The notes under the pieces were generated by a model. It was given only the letters and a program-made list of their open reading frames with translations, did not search any database and was not told where the DNA came from. 64,000 bases of DNA, taken from positions 4,019 to 68,018 of the forward strand of contig JAUCBJ010001668.1 in NCBI GenBank assembly GCA_032718475.1. Direction: 5' to 3'. The stretch comes from Nemertoderma westbladi (lineage: Eukaryota > Animalia > Xenacoelomorpha). How positions within the stretch are numbered: position 1 is the first letter of the stretch; every line of letters starts with the position of its first letter. Shown here one piece after another: positions 23,256 through 33,822 of the stretch. The position numbers were made by a program, and so were the translations under genes.

Positions 23256-24093
23256 GTTCTACGTTAGACTACCAAGTAATTCCTGTCCAATTGATTTTCC
23301 CCGCAATAGCGCTAGTAATTATCAGATAAATTTCCACGGCGCCTTACCTATAAATCCAAACGAAAACTGGGTGGTAGGTATAAAAAGTATATTTTACTTA
23401 GCAACGTTGCCGTCCATGTATAACAATGTAGAGAATGTTATTTTATTAAAAAAAGGGAAAAAAATTTTTGAGGATACACTTCCATCTGGTTTATTCTACA
23501 GTATCAATGACATTATAGATTATTTTAACACGGGGGCGTTGAAAGATAAATTACAAATAGTTGAAAATACTCAGCAAAATAGATTGCAATTTATTTTAGG
23601 GAAAACTGTGCGAGAGTTATTTATAGGTCAACAATTAGCCTATTATTTTGGAATAACTGAAAATAATCTCGGTGCGAATTTAAATCCAAATTTTAAAATT
23701 ATTTTGAAGACGAAAAATAATATAAAGGGTTATTTAATAAAGGTTATCGGAAATGGAGAAAAGGCTTACCAGATGGTATTTTTATGCCCTCAACCACCCA
23801 ACTCTATTCCAGAACCTAAGTCGAACATGTACGTGACTACTAATATAATTGAAAATCAATATATTAACGATTTTGGTTTAGCTTTACTTCGTCGTGTTGC
23901 GATACCTGATGATGTGAAATATGGTAGCGTAATAAATAAAGAATTTGTCAAGGATACAATTCATTATATCCCTGTAAAAAAATCATATAAGATAACATAC
24001 ATTCATATTGAAATAACAGACAAAGAAGGAAAAGATTTGAATTTTGAATACGGCACAACTTCTATTACATTACACTTTAAACGTATAAATTAA
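23248..24093 (+). CDS. Minor capsid (penton-like) protein 2
   Basis: MDEFYVRLPSNS...FPRNSASNY, WVVGI, YVTTNIIENQ...LLR, YIPV, IEITDKEGKDLNF...TLHFK. Confidence 0.8.
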   Translation: MDEFYVRLPSNSCPIDFPRNSASNYQINFHGALPINPNENWVVGIKSIFYLATLPSMYNNVENVILLKKGKKIFEDTLPSGLFYSINDIIDYFNTGALKDKLQIVENTQQNRLQFILGKTVRELFIGQQLAYYFGITENNLGANLNPNFKIILKTKNNIKGYLIKVIGNGEKAYQMVFLCPQPPNSIPEPKSNMYVTTNIIENQYINDFGLALLRRVAIPDDVKYGSVINKEFVKDTIHYIPVKKSYKITYIHIEITDKEGKDLNFEYGTTSITLHFKRIN

Positions 24094-24094
24094 A

Positions 24095-24606
24095 ATGGAT
24101 TCTGATTTATTTCAAAGATACAGTAAACCTCAATATGGGGGTTCAGACTCTAATCTTGCTGTTTTTAAAGGCGGAAGAAGTACCAGAGGCTCGACGCAAG
24201 TTCCTGTTTTTCGTGGTGGTTCATATATTGACCCTTACGGTCAACAAATTGGCACATTTGGTCCAAACTTAAAACAACATCGTTTTCAGCGTTATCGTAG
24301 AGGTATGCAGGCAAATCAACACGGAGAGTTTTACGGAGAGTTTTACAGAAAGCTTTACCATTTACCACAAAATTTATGAGACAACACGTAATACCAAAAG
24401 GTAAGCGGGTCTTACATCAGCAGGCTAATACGGTTATTAATAAAGCATTAAATAAAATGAAACCGTCAACAAGGTCGGTTGTAGAAAAAGTTTATAGAGA
24501 TTTAAAGCGACCCGCTAGACCAATGTCTATGAACATACATCATCGACGTAGTAAAAAGAGAAATATAAAAGGCAAACTGAAACACTGCGAAAAAAGTATT
24601 TTTTAA
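24095..24606 (+). pseudogene. Basic Polinton core-like protein; probably one gene broken near 24325
   Basis: QYGG, FKGG and FRGG motifs and an Arg/Lys-rich tail. A 12-bp tandem duplication ACGGAGAGTTTT lies at the frame change into ...RVLQKALPFTTKFMRQH. Confidence 0.55.
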
Positions 24607-24608
24607 TA

Positions 24609-25868
24609 ATGTCAATTATTAAGGAATTAGATTTATTTTCTACACAGCCAATACAGACTGAATTTAAAGCAAAGCATTATGAAACAATTTACCCCGTATC
24701 TAATCTCAGAAGTGAATCTAGGGAGGTCACCTTCCTTGTACCCAGATCCAATGAATTCTATACGAAACTGCAAGACGCGTTATTAATTAGAAAATGTACA
24801 GTACGTTGGGATAGACGACTTGAAAACTCCCATATTTATATGCTGAATTACCCAGCTGAAACTATATGGAGTGATATTAAAATAGACCTTAATGAGAAGC
24901 AGGTTGAAAATAGCAATAACCATTATTTCTACAAGTCGTACTTATCCAATTTATTATTTACAACTTAAGAGGATAAAAATGGGCTACTGGGTGCGGGTGG
25001 CTTTCATCAACCTTTATCTGAACACGGAAATGAAATTGATCCCGGCGCGCATCCTATTGCCGATGCCTTTAGTAAACAAATGCAATTTGTAAGTGGATTG
25101 ACGATTGATTTTGATACTGAAACTAAAATAATACAACCTGGGTATGATTTAAGAATGCATTTTAGAAAAGTATCAAATTCGTTTATTTTTAAAATCACTC
25201 CAAACGCAAACGCCGTGACAAATCTTCGACTAGAATTAGATGAAATAAAAATTCTAATCCCTAGAATGGAGGTTAATCCAGTAATAGAAAGCAGTCACCT
25301 AAAAGGTTTAGAGAGCTACGATATTGAATATCAATTTCAAAAGAAAGAGGTGACTACATTTACTATTCCCGCTCAAACCACAAATTACACCCAAACAAAC
25401 ATATTTGATGGTAAAAAACCCAAATTAGTTATTATTGGCTTCATAACAAATAACGCTTATTCGGGAGAATTAATTAGCAATCCCTTGAAATTTGAACATT
25501 TTAACCTTAGACGCGCGGAACTGATTGTAGACGGTCTTCCAGTAGGGGGTGTAATATACGAGCCTAATTTTACAGATGGAACATATATTTTTGAGTATAC
25601 TCAATTAATGAAAAACATTAATACATATATTAACGGTTATGGAGGTAATAATATAGACCATGAAACCTACTTAGGTAATTGCCCCCTCCTATCCTGGGAC
25701 CTAACCGCCGACGGCTACGTTAGAGATCCGCAACCCTCGATATATACTAACGGTCAATTAAAATTAAGATTTGCCGAACCGTTGGTTGAAACCATAAATG
25801 TAATCGTTTTTAATATTTATGATCAATCATTAAGTTTAAATAGGAGGAAAGAAATACATATCGATTAA
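24609..25868 (+). pseudogene. Major capsid protein (double jelly-roll/hexon-like) with one in-frame TAA at 24966-24968
   Basis: KELDLFSTQPIQT, YKSYL..LL, PKLVIIGF, NPLKFEHFNL, WDLTAD, LKLRFAEPL. The two track ORFs share a frame and the linker is open. Confidence 0.88.
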
Positions 25869-25870
25869 GT

Positions 25871-26323
25871 ATGTTATCTACAGAGGACCTTGATATGTTT
25901 CCAGTGGGTGGTCACTATTTGGGCGCGTTTCCAGCTAATAAATTACCTAAATTAGATAATAATAAGCGGCAGGATTATGGCTTGATAGTAAATACTGATA
26001 GAGAGCATCTGCCCGGGATTCATTGGATCGCGATATATATACGAGATAATGAGGCCGAAGTATTTGACTCGTTTGGACCAAAATATCCAAACAGATGCAT
26101 CGAAAAATGGCTTGAGAAAAATTCCGCAAGGTGGCGTACTACACGCAAACAATTTCAAGACCCCAGGAGGACCACATGCGGTCTATACTGTCTTTATTAT
26201 TTGGTAAATCGTATTCACACAATCTATCCAATGAGAGCGTTTACAAATAATGTGGAAATCAATGAAATTATATTATATAAATGGCTTGTTAATTATTATA
26301 AATTAAACCAACAAACTTTGTAA
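25871..26323 (+). CDS. Adenain-like cysteine protease
   Basis: IVNTD...GIHWIAI, FDSFG, FQ....TTCGLYC (His/Asp/Gln/Cys). Confidence 0.92.
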   Translation: MLSTEDLDMFPVGGHYLGAFPANKLPKLDNNKRQDYGLIVNTDREHLPGIHWIAIYIRDNEAEVFDSFGPKYPNRCIEKWLEKNSARWRTTRKQFQDPRRTTCGLYCLYYLVNRIHTIYPMRAFTNNVEINEIILYKWLVNYYKLNQQTL

Positions 26324-26354
26324 TTAATCATTTAACTTTTGTTTATCAGATAAA

Positions 26355-26954
26355 ATGGATAATATTATTTTTGTTGATTTTCAATATTATAAGATAGACA
26401 ATAAGGAGTATCCTGTAGTATTTAAAGAATTTGCTATTTTCGATTCTAATTACACCAAAACTAATGTAAAGACGTTTTTAATTAAAGGCCCGTCTAATAT
26501 TAAGTTATCAGCTTTAGATGCAGCTCACGTAAACAATTTACGGGATATGACTTCTCACTTGCCCTGGGACTACGGGGACATTTCTCAAGATGACTTTAAA
26601 AAATATATGAAGAGACATTTAAAATATAAAAAAAATATTCATGTATTTGGGTTGCTGAAACGGGCAATATTAGTTTCCCAACTCGATGTTCACGAGCCAA
26701 ATTCGGTGGAGAAATTGGGAATATATAAGCAATATCACGATTATTTAACGCCTTGTCGATTTCACGACCGATTCACTACAATGGAAAGTAAATGCACGTT
26801 CCACTTAAACATAAGGGATAACTGTCTGCGATACTGCTCAGCAAAACGCGTTGGCGGGTATGAGGCTCTACACTTTTTCATGAGAAAGCGTTTAACTGCG
26901 ACTGATGATGATGATAAACAGAAAGAAATAACTGCGGTGGAAGATGTACTGTAG
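26355..26954 (+). CDS. Polinton accessory protein, possibly a divergent DnaQ/DEDD exonuclease fold
   Basis: N-terminal IIFVDFQ...FKEFAIFD, HLPWDYGD and C-terminal C..H...CS pattern. Confidence 0.5.
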   Translation: MDNIIFVDFQYYKIDNKEYPVVFKEFAIFDSNYTKTNVKTFLIKGPSNIKLSALDAAHVNNLRDMTSHLPWDYGDISQDDFKKYMKRHLKYKKNIHVFGLLKRAILVSQLDVHEPNSVEKLGIYKQYHDYLTPCRFHDRFTTMESKCTFHLNIRDNCLRYCSAKRVGGYEALHFFMRKRLTATDDDDKQKEITAVEDVL

Positions 26955-27304
26955 GTTTACTCTAAGCATGTAATGTGATGGGATAATATAATTTTATTTT
27001 AGTGATGATCTTGATGTTAATATAAAAAATATAATAAAATATAATTTTTTACAACAAGTTCTCTAAAAAAGAGTCAATTGCGCTAGGTTAACTATACACA
27101 TTTAACAATATGATGTAGACGTAACATGTACAGTAAGTATTCTCGATATCATTCTAATATAGATGTACTGGTATTGTGAAACAGCCTATACATCGCAAAC
27201 TAATAACACATACAGTAGTTGACTAGTAATATTAGTCAGAAAATGCAACATAATCTGTATAGGGTGTAATGATAACCTGTTGGTACCGGTACTGATAAAT
27301 TATA

Positions 27305-28470
27305 GGCCTATCTACAACTGTCATCCACTTTATCAGTACCGGTAGTGTTTTACTCTTCCAACACTGTAGTTTCTGTCTAGTGGTATCGGTACAGCAGTAA
27401 TCTGATGCATGCAGGGGTCTCACATATAGGGATTAGATCACCTATCCAAACAATACAGTACTGCTGTACTGTCGCTGTTCTTGATGTAACATCATAATCA
27501 GATAAAGCATACTGATTTCCTTTGATTAGCATTGTACTGCAGTACCGGTACGACAGTACCTGCAGTAACAAACTAAACCAATGTATACAATATCGTGAGC
27601 TAGTTACAATCAGATGTGTACGCAGTCAGCCACGTTGCGGGGATGCGGTCAACCTCACAGCTAGCCTCGCAGCTCCTATCCACAACTGTCATCCACTTTA
27701 TCAGTACAGCAGTAATCTGATGCAATAGCATTTGTTTTTTTTCACCTATAAGGATACTGCTGTCTACCCGAACCTTGATTAGCATAGGCCTACAGCTGTC
27801 ATAACCTAGATTACATGCAGGGGTCTCACATATAGGGATTAGATCGCCTACCTAAACAATACAGTACTGCAGTACTGTCGTTGTTCTTGATGTAACAGCA
27901 TAATCAGATAGAGCATACTGATTTCCTTTGATTAGCATTGTACTGCAGTATTAATGTAACAGTACCTGCAGTAACAAACTAAACCAATGTATACAATATC
28001 GTGAGCTAGTTACAATCAGATGTGTATGCAGTCAGCCACGTTGCGGGGATGCGGTCAACCTCACAGCTCCTATCCACAACTGTCATCCACTTTATCAGTA
28101 CAGCAGTAATCTGATGCAATAGCATTTGTTTTTTTTCACCTATAAGGATACTGCTGTCTACCCGAACCTTGATTAGCATAGGCCTACTGCTGTCATAACC
28201 TAGATTACATGCAGGAGTCTCACATATAGGGATTAGATCACCTACCCAAACAATACAGTACTGCAGTAGGCCTACTGTCGCTGTTCTTGATGTAACTGCG
28301 TTGTCAGATAGAGCATACTGATTTCCTTTGATTAGCATTGTACTGCAGTACGGTACCGGTACCACAGTATTAATGTAACAGCACCCGCAGTAACAAACTA
28401 AGTCATTGTATACAATATCATGAGCCGGATATAATCAGATGTGTACACAGTCATGGGATGCGGTCAACCA
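27305..28470. repeat. About 400-bp imperfect tandem repeats (~3 copies) inside the Polinton
   Basis: GTCTCACATATAGGGATTAGATC at ~27417, ~27823 and ~28217; ACAACTGTCATCCACTTTATCAGTAC at ~27315, ~27682 and ~28076. Confidence 0.9.
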
Positions 28471-28484
28471 CGCAGTCAGAGCAG

Positions 28485-28660
28485 CATCGCTGCCAGCCTC
28501 GCAGCCAGCCTCGCGGCACGCAGCAGCCTCGCAGCCAGCCACCCTCGCGGCACGCAGCAGCCTCGCAGCCAGCCACGCAGCCAGCCTCACGGCGCGCAGC
28601 AGCCTCGCAGTTGATCATGCAGTCAGCCAGCCAGCTACGCAGCTAGGCACGCAGTCAGCC
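28485..28660. repeat. GC-rich degenerate GCAGCC/CTCGC minisatellite
   Basis: Repeated GCAGCCTCGCAGCCAGCC-like units in an otherwise AT-rich element. Confidence 0.8.
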
Positions 28661-28748
28661 CGTGAGAGTCATACTTATTCAAACGAGGTTAGTTTTCCCT
28701 AACTACCGATAGATTGATTGAAAAATAATAATGTTTAATTTTCACCTT

Positions 28749-29294
28749 CTAATCACCAACACCTAAAGTCACAACACCAAACATTAATAAATAATTAACA
28801 AGTTTACTAAATATAGGGTAATAAATATGAAATTTGCTAGGTGAACACATTAAAGTACATTTACCGGTATGAAAGCAGCAAATGACTACGGTATTATTTA
28901 TTCTTATTTTGCAATTATTAAAAATTTCAGGTTCATATATAACTTGAAGTTGCACATTATCAAAGACAACATAAAACCCGGTATTGTTTATCAATAACCT
29001 ATAGACTACAGACTTAATACTAAAAATATAAGTACATAAATTAACAGATTTTAAAATCAAATTAATACTAGTTTTATCAAATATATGCTTTTTTACTTTT
29101 TGGAAATTATACTTACTGCCTAATAATGTAATACGACCATTTTTAAATATTAATAATGTGGCACCAAATATCTTATATATAAACTGATTTGGTTTGAGTA
29201 TGTGTTTACCAGATAATTGATTTTTTAATTCTTTAAAATTAATCGCTGACACTTGCTGGCAACTTACATTCTTATTGACTATCTGATAGTTCAT
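28749..29294 (-). CDS. TATA-binding protein (TBP)-like protein encoded by the Polinton
   Basis: 181 aa in two repeats: QIVN...ATLLIFKNGRITLLGSK and SVNL...YEPEIFNNCKIR...ICCFHTGKCTLM, compared with TBP IQNI...TALIFSSGKMVCTGAK and IQNM...YEPELFPGLIYR...LLIFVSGKVVLTG. Confidence 0.8.
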   Translation of the reverse strand: MNYQIVNKNVSCQQVSAINFKELKNQLSGKHILKPNQFIYKIFGATLLIFKNGRITLLGSKYNFQKVKKHIFDKTSINLILKSVNLCTYIFSIKSVVYRLLINNTGFYVVFDNVQLQVIYEPEIFNNCKIRINNTVVICCFHTGKCTLMCSPSKFHIYYPIFSKLVNYLLMFGVVTLGVGD

Positions 29295-32200
29295 TGTTTG
29301 GTTCCCGATAAATAGGTATATTGTTTTTCTTTATCGGTTTTTCGACCTTTGTTTGATAGTGACCCCAGGGAAGCGAATGATTTTTATTAACCCAATAAAG
29401 TTTATCATCAAATGCGCTGAGAGCAAACTTATCACGTGCTATAGTATACACTTTGTGTAATTTACTTTGAAATTGATGTATTTCTTTTGAAATTTCTTCG
29501 TTTGAGTTATATGCTCTTACATAATCTTCGTGGCAAATATTTTTATCCACAACAGCTCTTGTTATTCCTTTCGCCCGTCGTATATTGGATTCATTGAATT
29601 CCAAAATTGAATATAATTTTGGTCTTAAAAATACCGCTTGTTTAATTTCACGTGAGGCTAGTTCATCTTTACAGTAATAGAGCCTGGATTTATTTTTATC
29701 GCTGTAGAGTGGGTGATCCTTGGGGTAATTGGATGTATCTAAAATATTATTTTTAATTAATGCTTTTAAGAAATTACTCTGCGATGTATTATAGTAACAA
29801 CCTATCAATGAGTCCGTATCTGATGCTACAATTTCAATACGGCAGTTTAATTCTAGCAATTTATCGTAATACAGCTGATACATATCCAATTTAGCCAAGT
29901 CCAAGATAGTACTACCTATATAGACCGGCTTATCGAGAGTTACAGAGTCTTTTACTAATAAGTGACCCTAGAAGGAATCGTTATAAATCATGAAATTTTC
30001 GTGATTTATACGTTTGACTAATTGGTCACATTTTTCTTTACTATTAGCGATACGAAAGTTGCATCGGTCCCTTATTTTTTCAATCGTTTTTCCAAATAAC
30101 GAATTATTCAGAAGCTTCGCGACAGCTGTTTCAATATACGTTTTTGCTATTCTCCTTTGATTAATATTAAAATCTATATAGGGTTTAAATACAAAGTCTT
30201 GATGGAAAGAATACAATTTATGGAGCTTAGTAACAATTAAACCTTGTTTTATATAAAATTTTAACAGTTTTAAATTTATATGATAGAATTCCTTATCGAA
30301 TTGTGTCAACATAAGTTTTGGTGCACACATCTTATAATTGCTATTAGTGCCTCTTTGTTTACAAACATGATTATATTGTTCCCTCATATATGGTGAAAGC
30401 ATTGTCTCATTTATACTTAAATGTTCTGGAGCTAAGGGTAGTTCTAATGTACGATCGTGAATATCTTTGGGATATCGCAAATTAAGAAAAACCCAATATC
30501 CCCTTCAGTATCAAGATTTGATAAATATTTTATTAGTTCTTCTGGAGCAGCATTCTCTAAATATGTAACGTTGACTTGTTCAAACCCTGAAACAGGTAGC
30601 TTTTTACTTAAATTACCAGAATACAAGGAATTAAAATCTATATTGAAAATATGACACTCTTCCTTGCTTGGATCATAATTATCAGTATCTGGTATATTTG
30701 ATTCTATGTAATGCTTTCGACAGAATGAAACCCCTCCTCTAATAGATGCTTCAAAATCTCTATATGTTTGGTAATCTTTTATTAATGCTAACTTACATTT
30801 ATTGTATTTCAGGGCGCAATCATAAGTGAAAGCTGCGATACTGCAATAATAAACTACTTCTAATTCGTAGTTTTGTCTACATACTCTCCTAAAGTTCTCA
30901 AATATATCAGCGTGGAGACAAACATCGAGTTTTAAGTATGCTAAAAGATAATCCTTGAGATTCACACAGTCAAACTGACTCCATGATGCGTTGGCAAAAC
31001 TATATTCCTCGGGAGTACAGGTATTTTGTGTTAATTTACTATAAAATTTGTCTATTGATGGTAATTTCGAATCATTGAATTTATTTAAATCTGACAGATA
31101 CTCGTAGGGAAATATACCTTTTCGTTTAATTGTTGCATTATTTAAATTTGGATAAAAATGTTTCATTTGCTGTTCAGTAATTGGTAGAACTGATGTTATA
31201 TCCTCGCTGTCTATATCCTTTGTTGAACAATCAACTAAAGTACTTAGGGAAAAGGATAAAAATTGATATGTGTCTAAGACACGTAGCTCGATTTTTGTTT
31301 TTTGTTCTTTCACTGGTATATGCATACTCAGTGAAATATACCTTTCAGAATTTTTAGGGATTACCTTTATATCCCAATCGGAATATTTGTTATTGCTAAA
31401 CCCAACTTGCAAAAGAAAATGCAAATCGTAGAGATTGCAGTTGTGTGCAGCGAGTATATACATGTGTCGTTTCAACGATAAAGAGCGGTTACATGCGTTA
31501 CAAGCGGCTGCTATATAGTTACCAGTAATATGTGAGTGATGTTTATTTTTCTCAGACTTATCCTTAAATAAAACATTGCAATAAAAGCAAGTTTTAGCTT
31601 TCCAAAAACTTAACTTATCTACTTCGTTAAGTATAATCTTCTCTCGCGTATGGGTTTCTGCCTACTTATATAATTGGGTGATGTCATTATATACAGAGTC
31701 TAAAAAGTCTTGAATACAGTTGTTGTCGATTGTTTTTGTAAAGGTCTTCAAATAAAATTTTGGTGGATTGATTAATTCACTACTAGGAACAATTAAATAA
31801 CTTACAGCGCATGGAATATGATTCTGAATAAATTTACTGTTGGTGGCTGGCTCCAAAATAGATTCTATGTCAAAATATATTACAAACAATGCTGGTAATG
31901 TTCTGTCTAAATTTCTAAAGCTAATGTGAGTTCTTTTTTCAGACGGTAGCTTCTCAACTTGACTTTTTCCTCGATAACAAGCAAGACGGTGACGTTCTAG
32001 AACATTTCTGTAGAAATGCGACAAACACCGTTCGCAATATTTCCTACATCTAATATGCTTACCTGTTGTATTCATCAAACGATTCAAGTTAGTTATGCAA
32101 ACATAATGTGATTGTTTACTCGTATTCTTATTTTTTACAAGTAATATATTCAATAACTCTTTATCTGGAGTGATTTTACTAAATGGAGCCTGTCTTATAT

Positions 32201-33268
32201 AGATACTCGATTGTTGTCGTAGAGTAATAAATTAATTATATATGCTGAATTCTGTTTTTCAAAAAGTTTAATTGCAAGCTGCCATTCTGTTGGATAATCT
32301 TTGTTCCCATTGTCAAAAATAAAATGACTCATATAATTTTTGTACTGCGAAGTACGATATTTGTTGTTCTTCACTTTGCTACTAAATTTTGTGGCTATAA
32401 TTGCCCATTTAAAACAATCATTATCAGCCGTTTGTATATTTATAACACATCGTTTACTCGATAGAGCCTTAGGTAACTCCATATAACCGTGACCTTTATA
32501 TTCCAGTGACTTACACTTGGATTCAGCTACTTTAATTTCCACTCTTAATAAAGATTTAACGCGCCACCCTGAGCCACGAGTGTTAAATATGGCTATTTTT
32601 TGCATTAATTTTTCTAGTACATACTCAAACCATGTGTCAAAACTTTCATGTGAATCTACGGTATTAACTGAACCACCTGGAGAACTAAAATAGAAAGTTT
32701 CTTCTTGGTCACCCTCTGAAAAATGTGATCGATACATGAGTATATTCACACCTAGCCAGGGTCTAAGTACATTCATTTTGCTAAGTTTTCCTAATAATAG
32801 GTTTTTGATGTGTGGTAGAATATGAACTATGGATGAATGAATATCAGGAAAATCTTCATCATTTGGAAGATTGTAAACATAGATTTCTAAACGGTTATCG
32901 TGTGCGGATCGTTCGATGCTAAAAATTGATGGACCTTGACCAGATTTCAGTCTTTTTCTAGATGCTACAGTATTGTTTTGGTTCCGTTGTGATGGTCTAA
33001 CATGATAATAACGTTGGTGGCAGTCGTGACGTAAATAATTCTCATATAAATACTCTTTATTACAAGTAGGGCAAGTTTTTTCATACACGTAAAGCTTCAT
33101 TTCTTTACATCCCGTAGTTGTTTCATGTCGTTTGCATATTTCTTCACGTGAACATTTCACATGACAATTAAAACAATTGTGTTCTTCAAAATGAGATTTC
33201 ACGTGTGTTAAATAATTTCGTTTAGAAATTTGAAGAGGACAAAATGGACATTTCAATTGTTTATCCAT
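29272..33268 (-). pseudogene. Protein-primed family B DNA polymerase with N-terminal Zn fingers and endonuclease-VII/HNH insert; 2 nonsense codons and 2 frameshifts
   Basis: RGSGW, CFKWAI, YFDIES, CFYC...HHSHITGNYIAAACNACN, AHN...YDLHF, KGIFPYEY, IRGG, DFNSLYS, KLLNNSLFGKT, SDTDS. TAG at 31662-31664 and 29968-29970; frameshifts near 32197 and 30480. Confidence 0.96.
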
Positions 33269-33822
33269 CTCTTTATTATCCTAAAAACAATTTAAAATTA
33301 ATATGAATATTGTTATATATATAATCAAAAAAAATTCATAAGCTACTCAACACAAATAAAATATAATATCTAAACTTTAATTAATTTAATATTTTCAGAA
33401 TGAGCTCGATTGAATCAGTTGAGCTCTTTATATATATATATATTTCAAGTTTCTACTTATACCAACCAATCATAAATAACAGTTACACTGGAAACTAATA
33501 TCATAAATAAAGTTGCTTTTACAACTGAATTCTTTATAATAAAATCAAGTCTAAACCAAGATGTGCATAATGCGTTTTTAATTTTCATTGATAAAGTAGG
33601 TTTTACATGCTAATGTTTTATTATGGTGGTGTAAACTCATGCATTTACATGCGAATGTTTTATACCTAATCCCATGCTCACATTAAATATAAACTATCAC
33701 CAATATTTACTCAATAAAGTCACCTTTACATGCAAATACTTTATAATAATCACGCTTTGTGATAAAAAGTTACCTTTACAAGTTAGTGTGAAACTGAAAA
33801 AAAGTCTCTAGTTAATAATAAA

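Noticed and set aside
24966-24968. Programmed stop read-through or an alternative genetic code in the MCP and pPolB genes
   Set aside because: The stops are of mixed type (TAA, TAG), co-occur with frameshifts, and the same codons end intact genes; simple decay is more likely.
27232-28365. Several overlapping 60-120-aa ORFs
   Set aside because: They lie in the ~400-bp repeats, and indels between copies do not preserve frame.
20433-33268. Apparent excess of inactivating lesions (3 nonsense, about 5 frameshifts) relative to near-identical TIRs, suggesting insertion of an already defective genome
   Set aside because: Two mismatches in 315 bp is too small a sample; neutral decay over ~12 kb plus possible assembly indels can explain the count.
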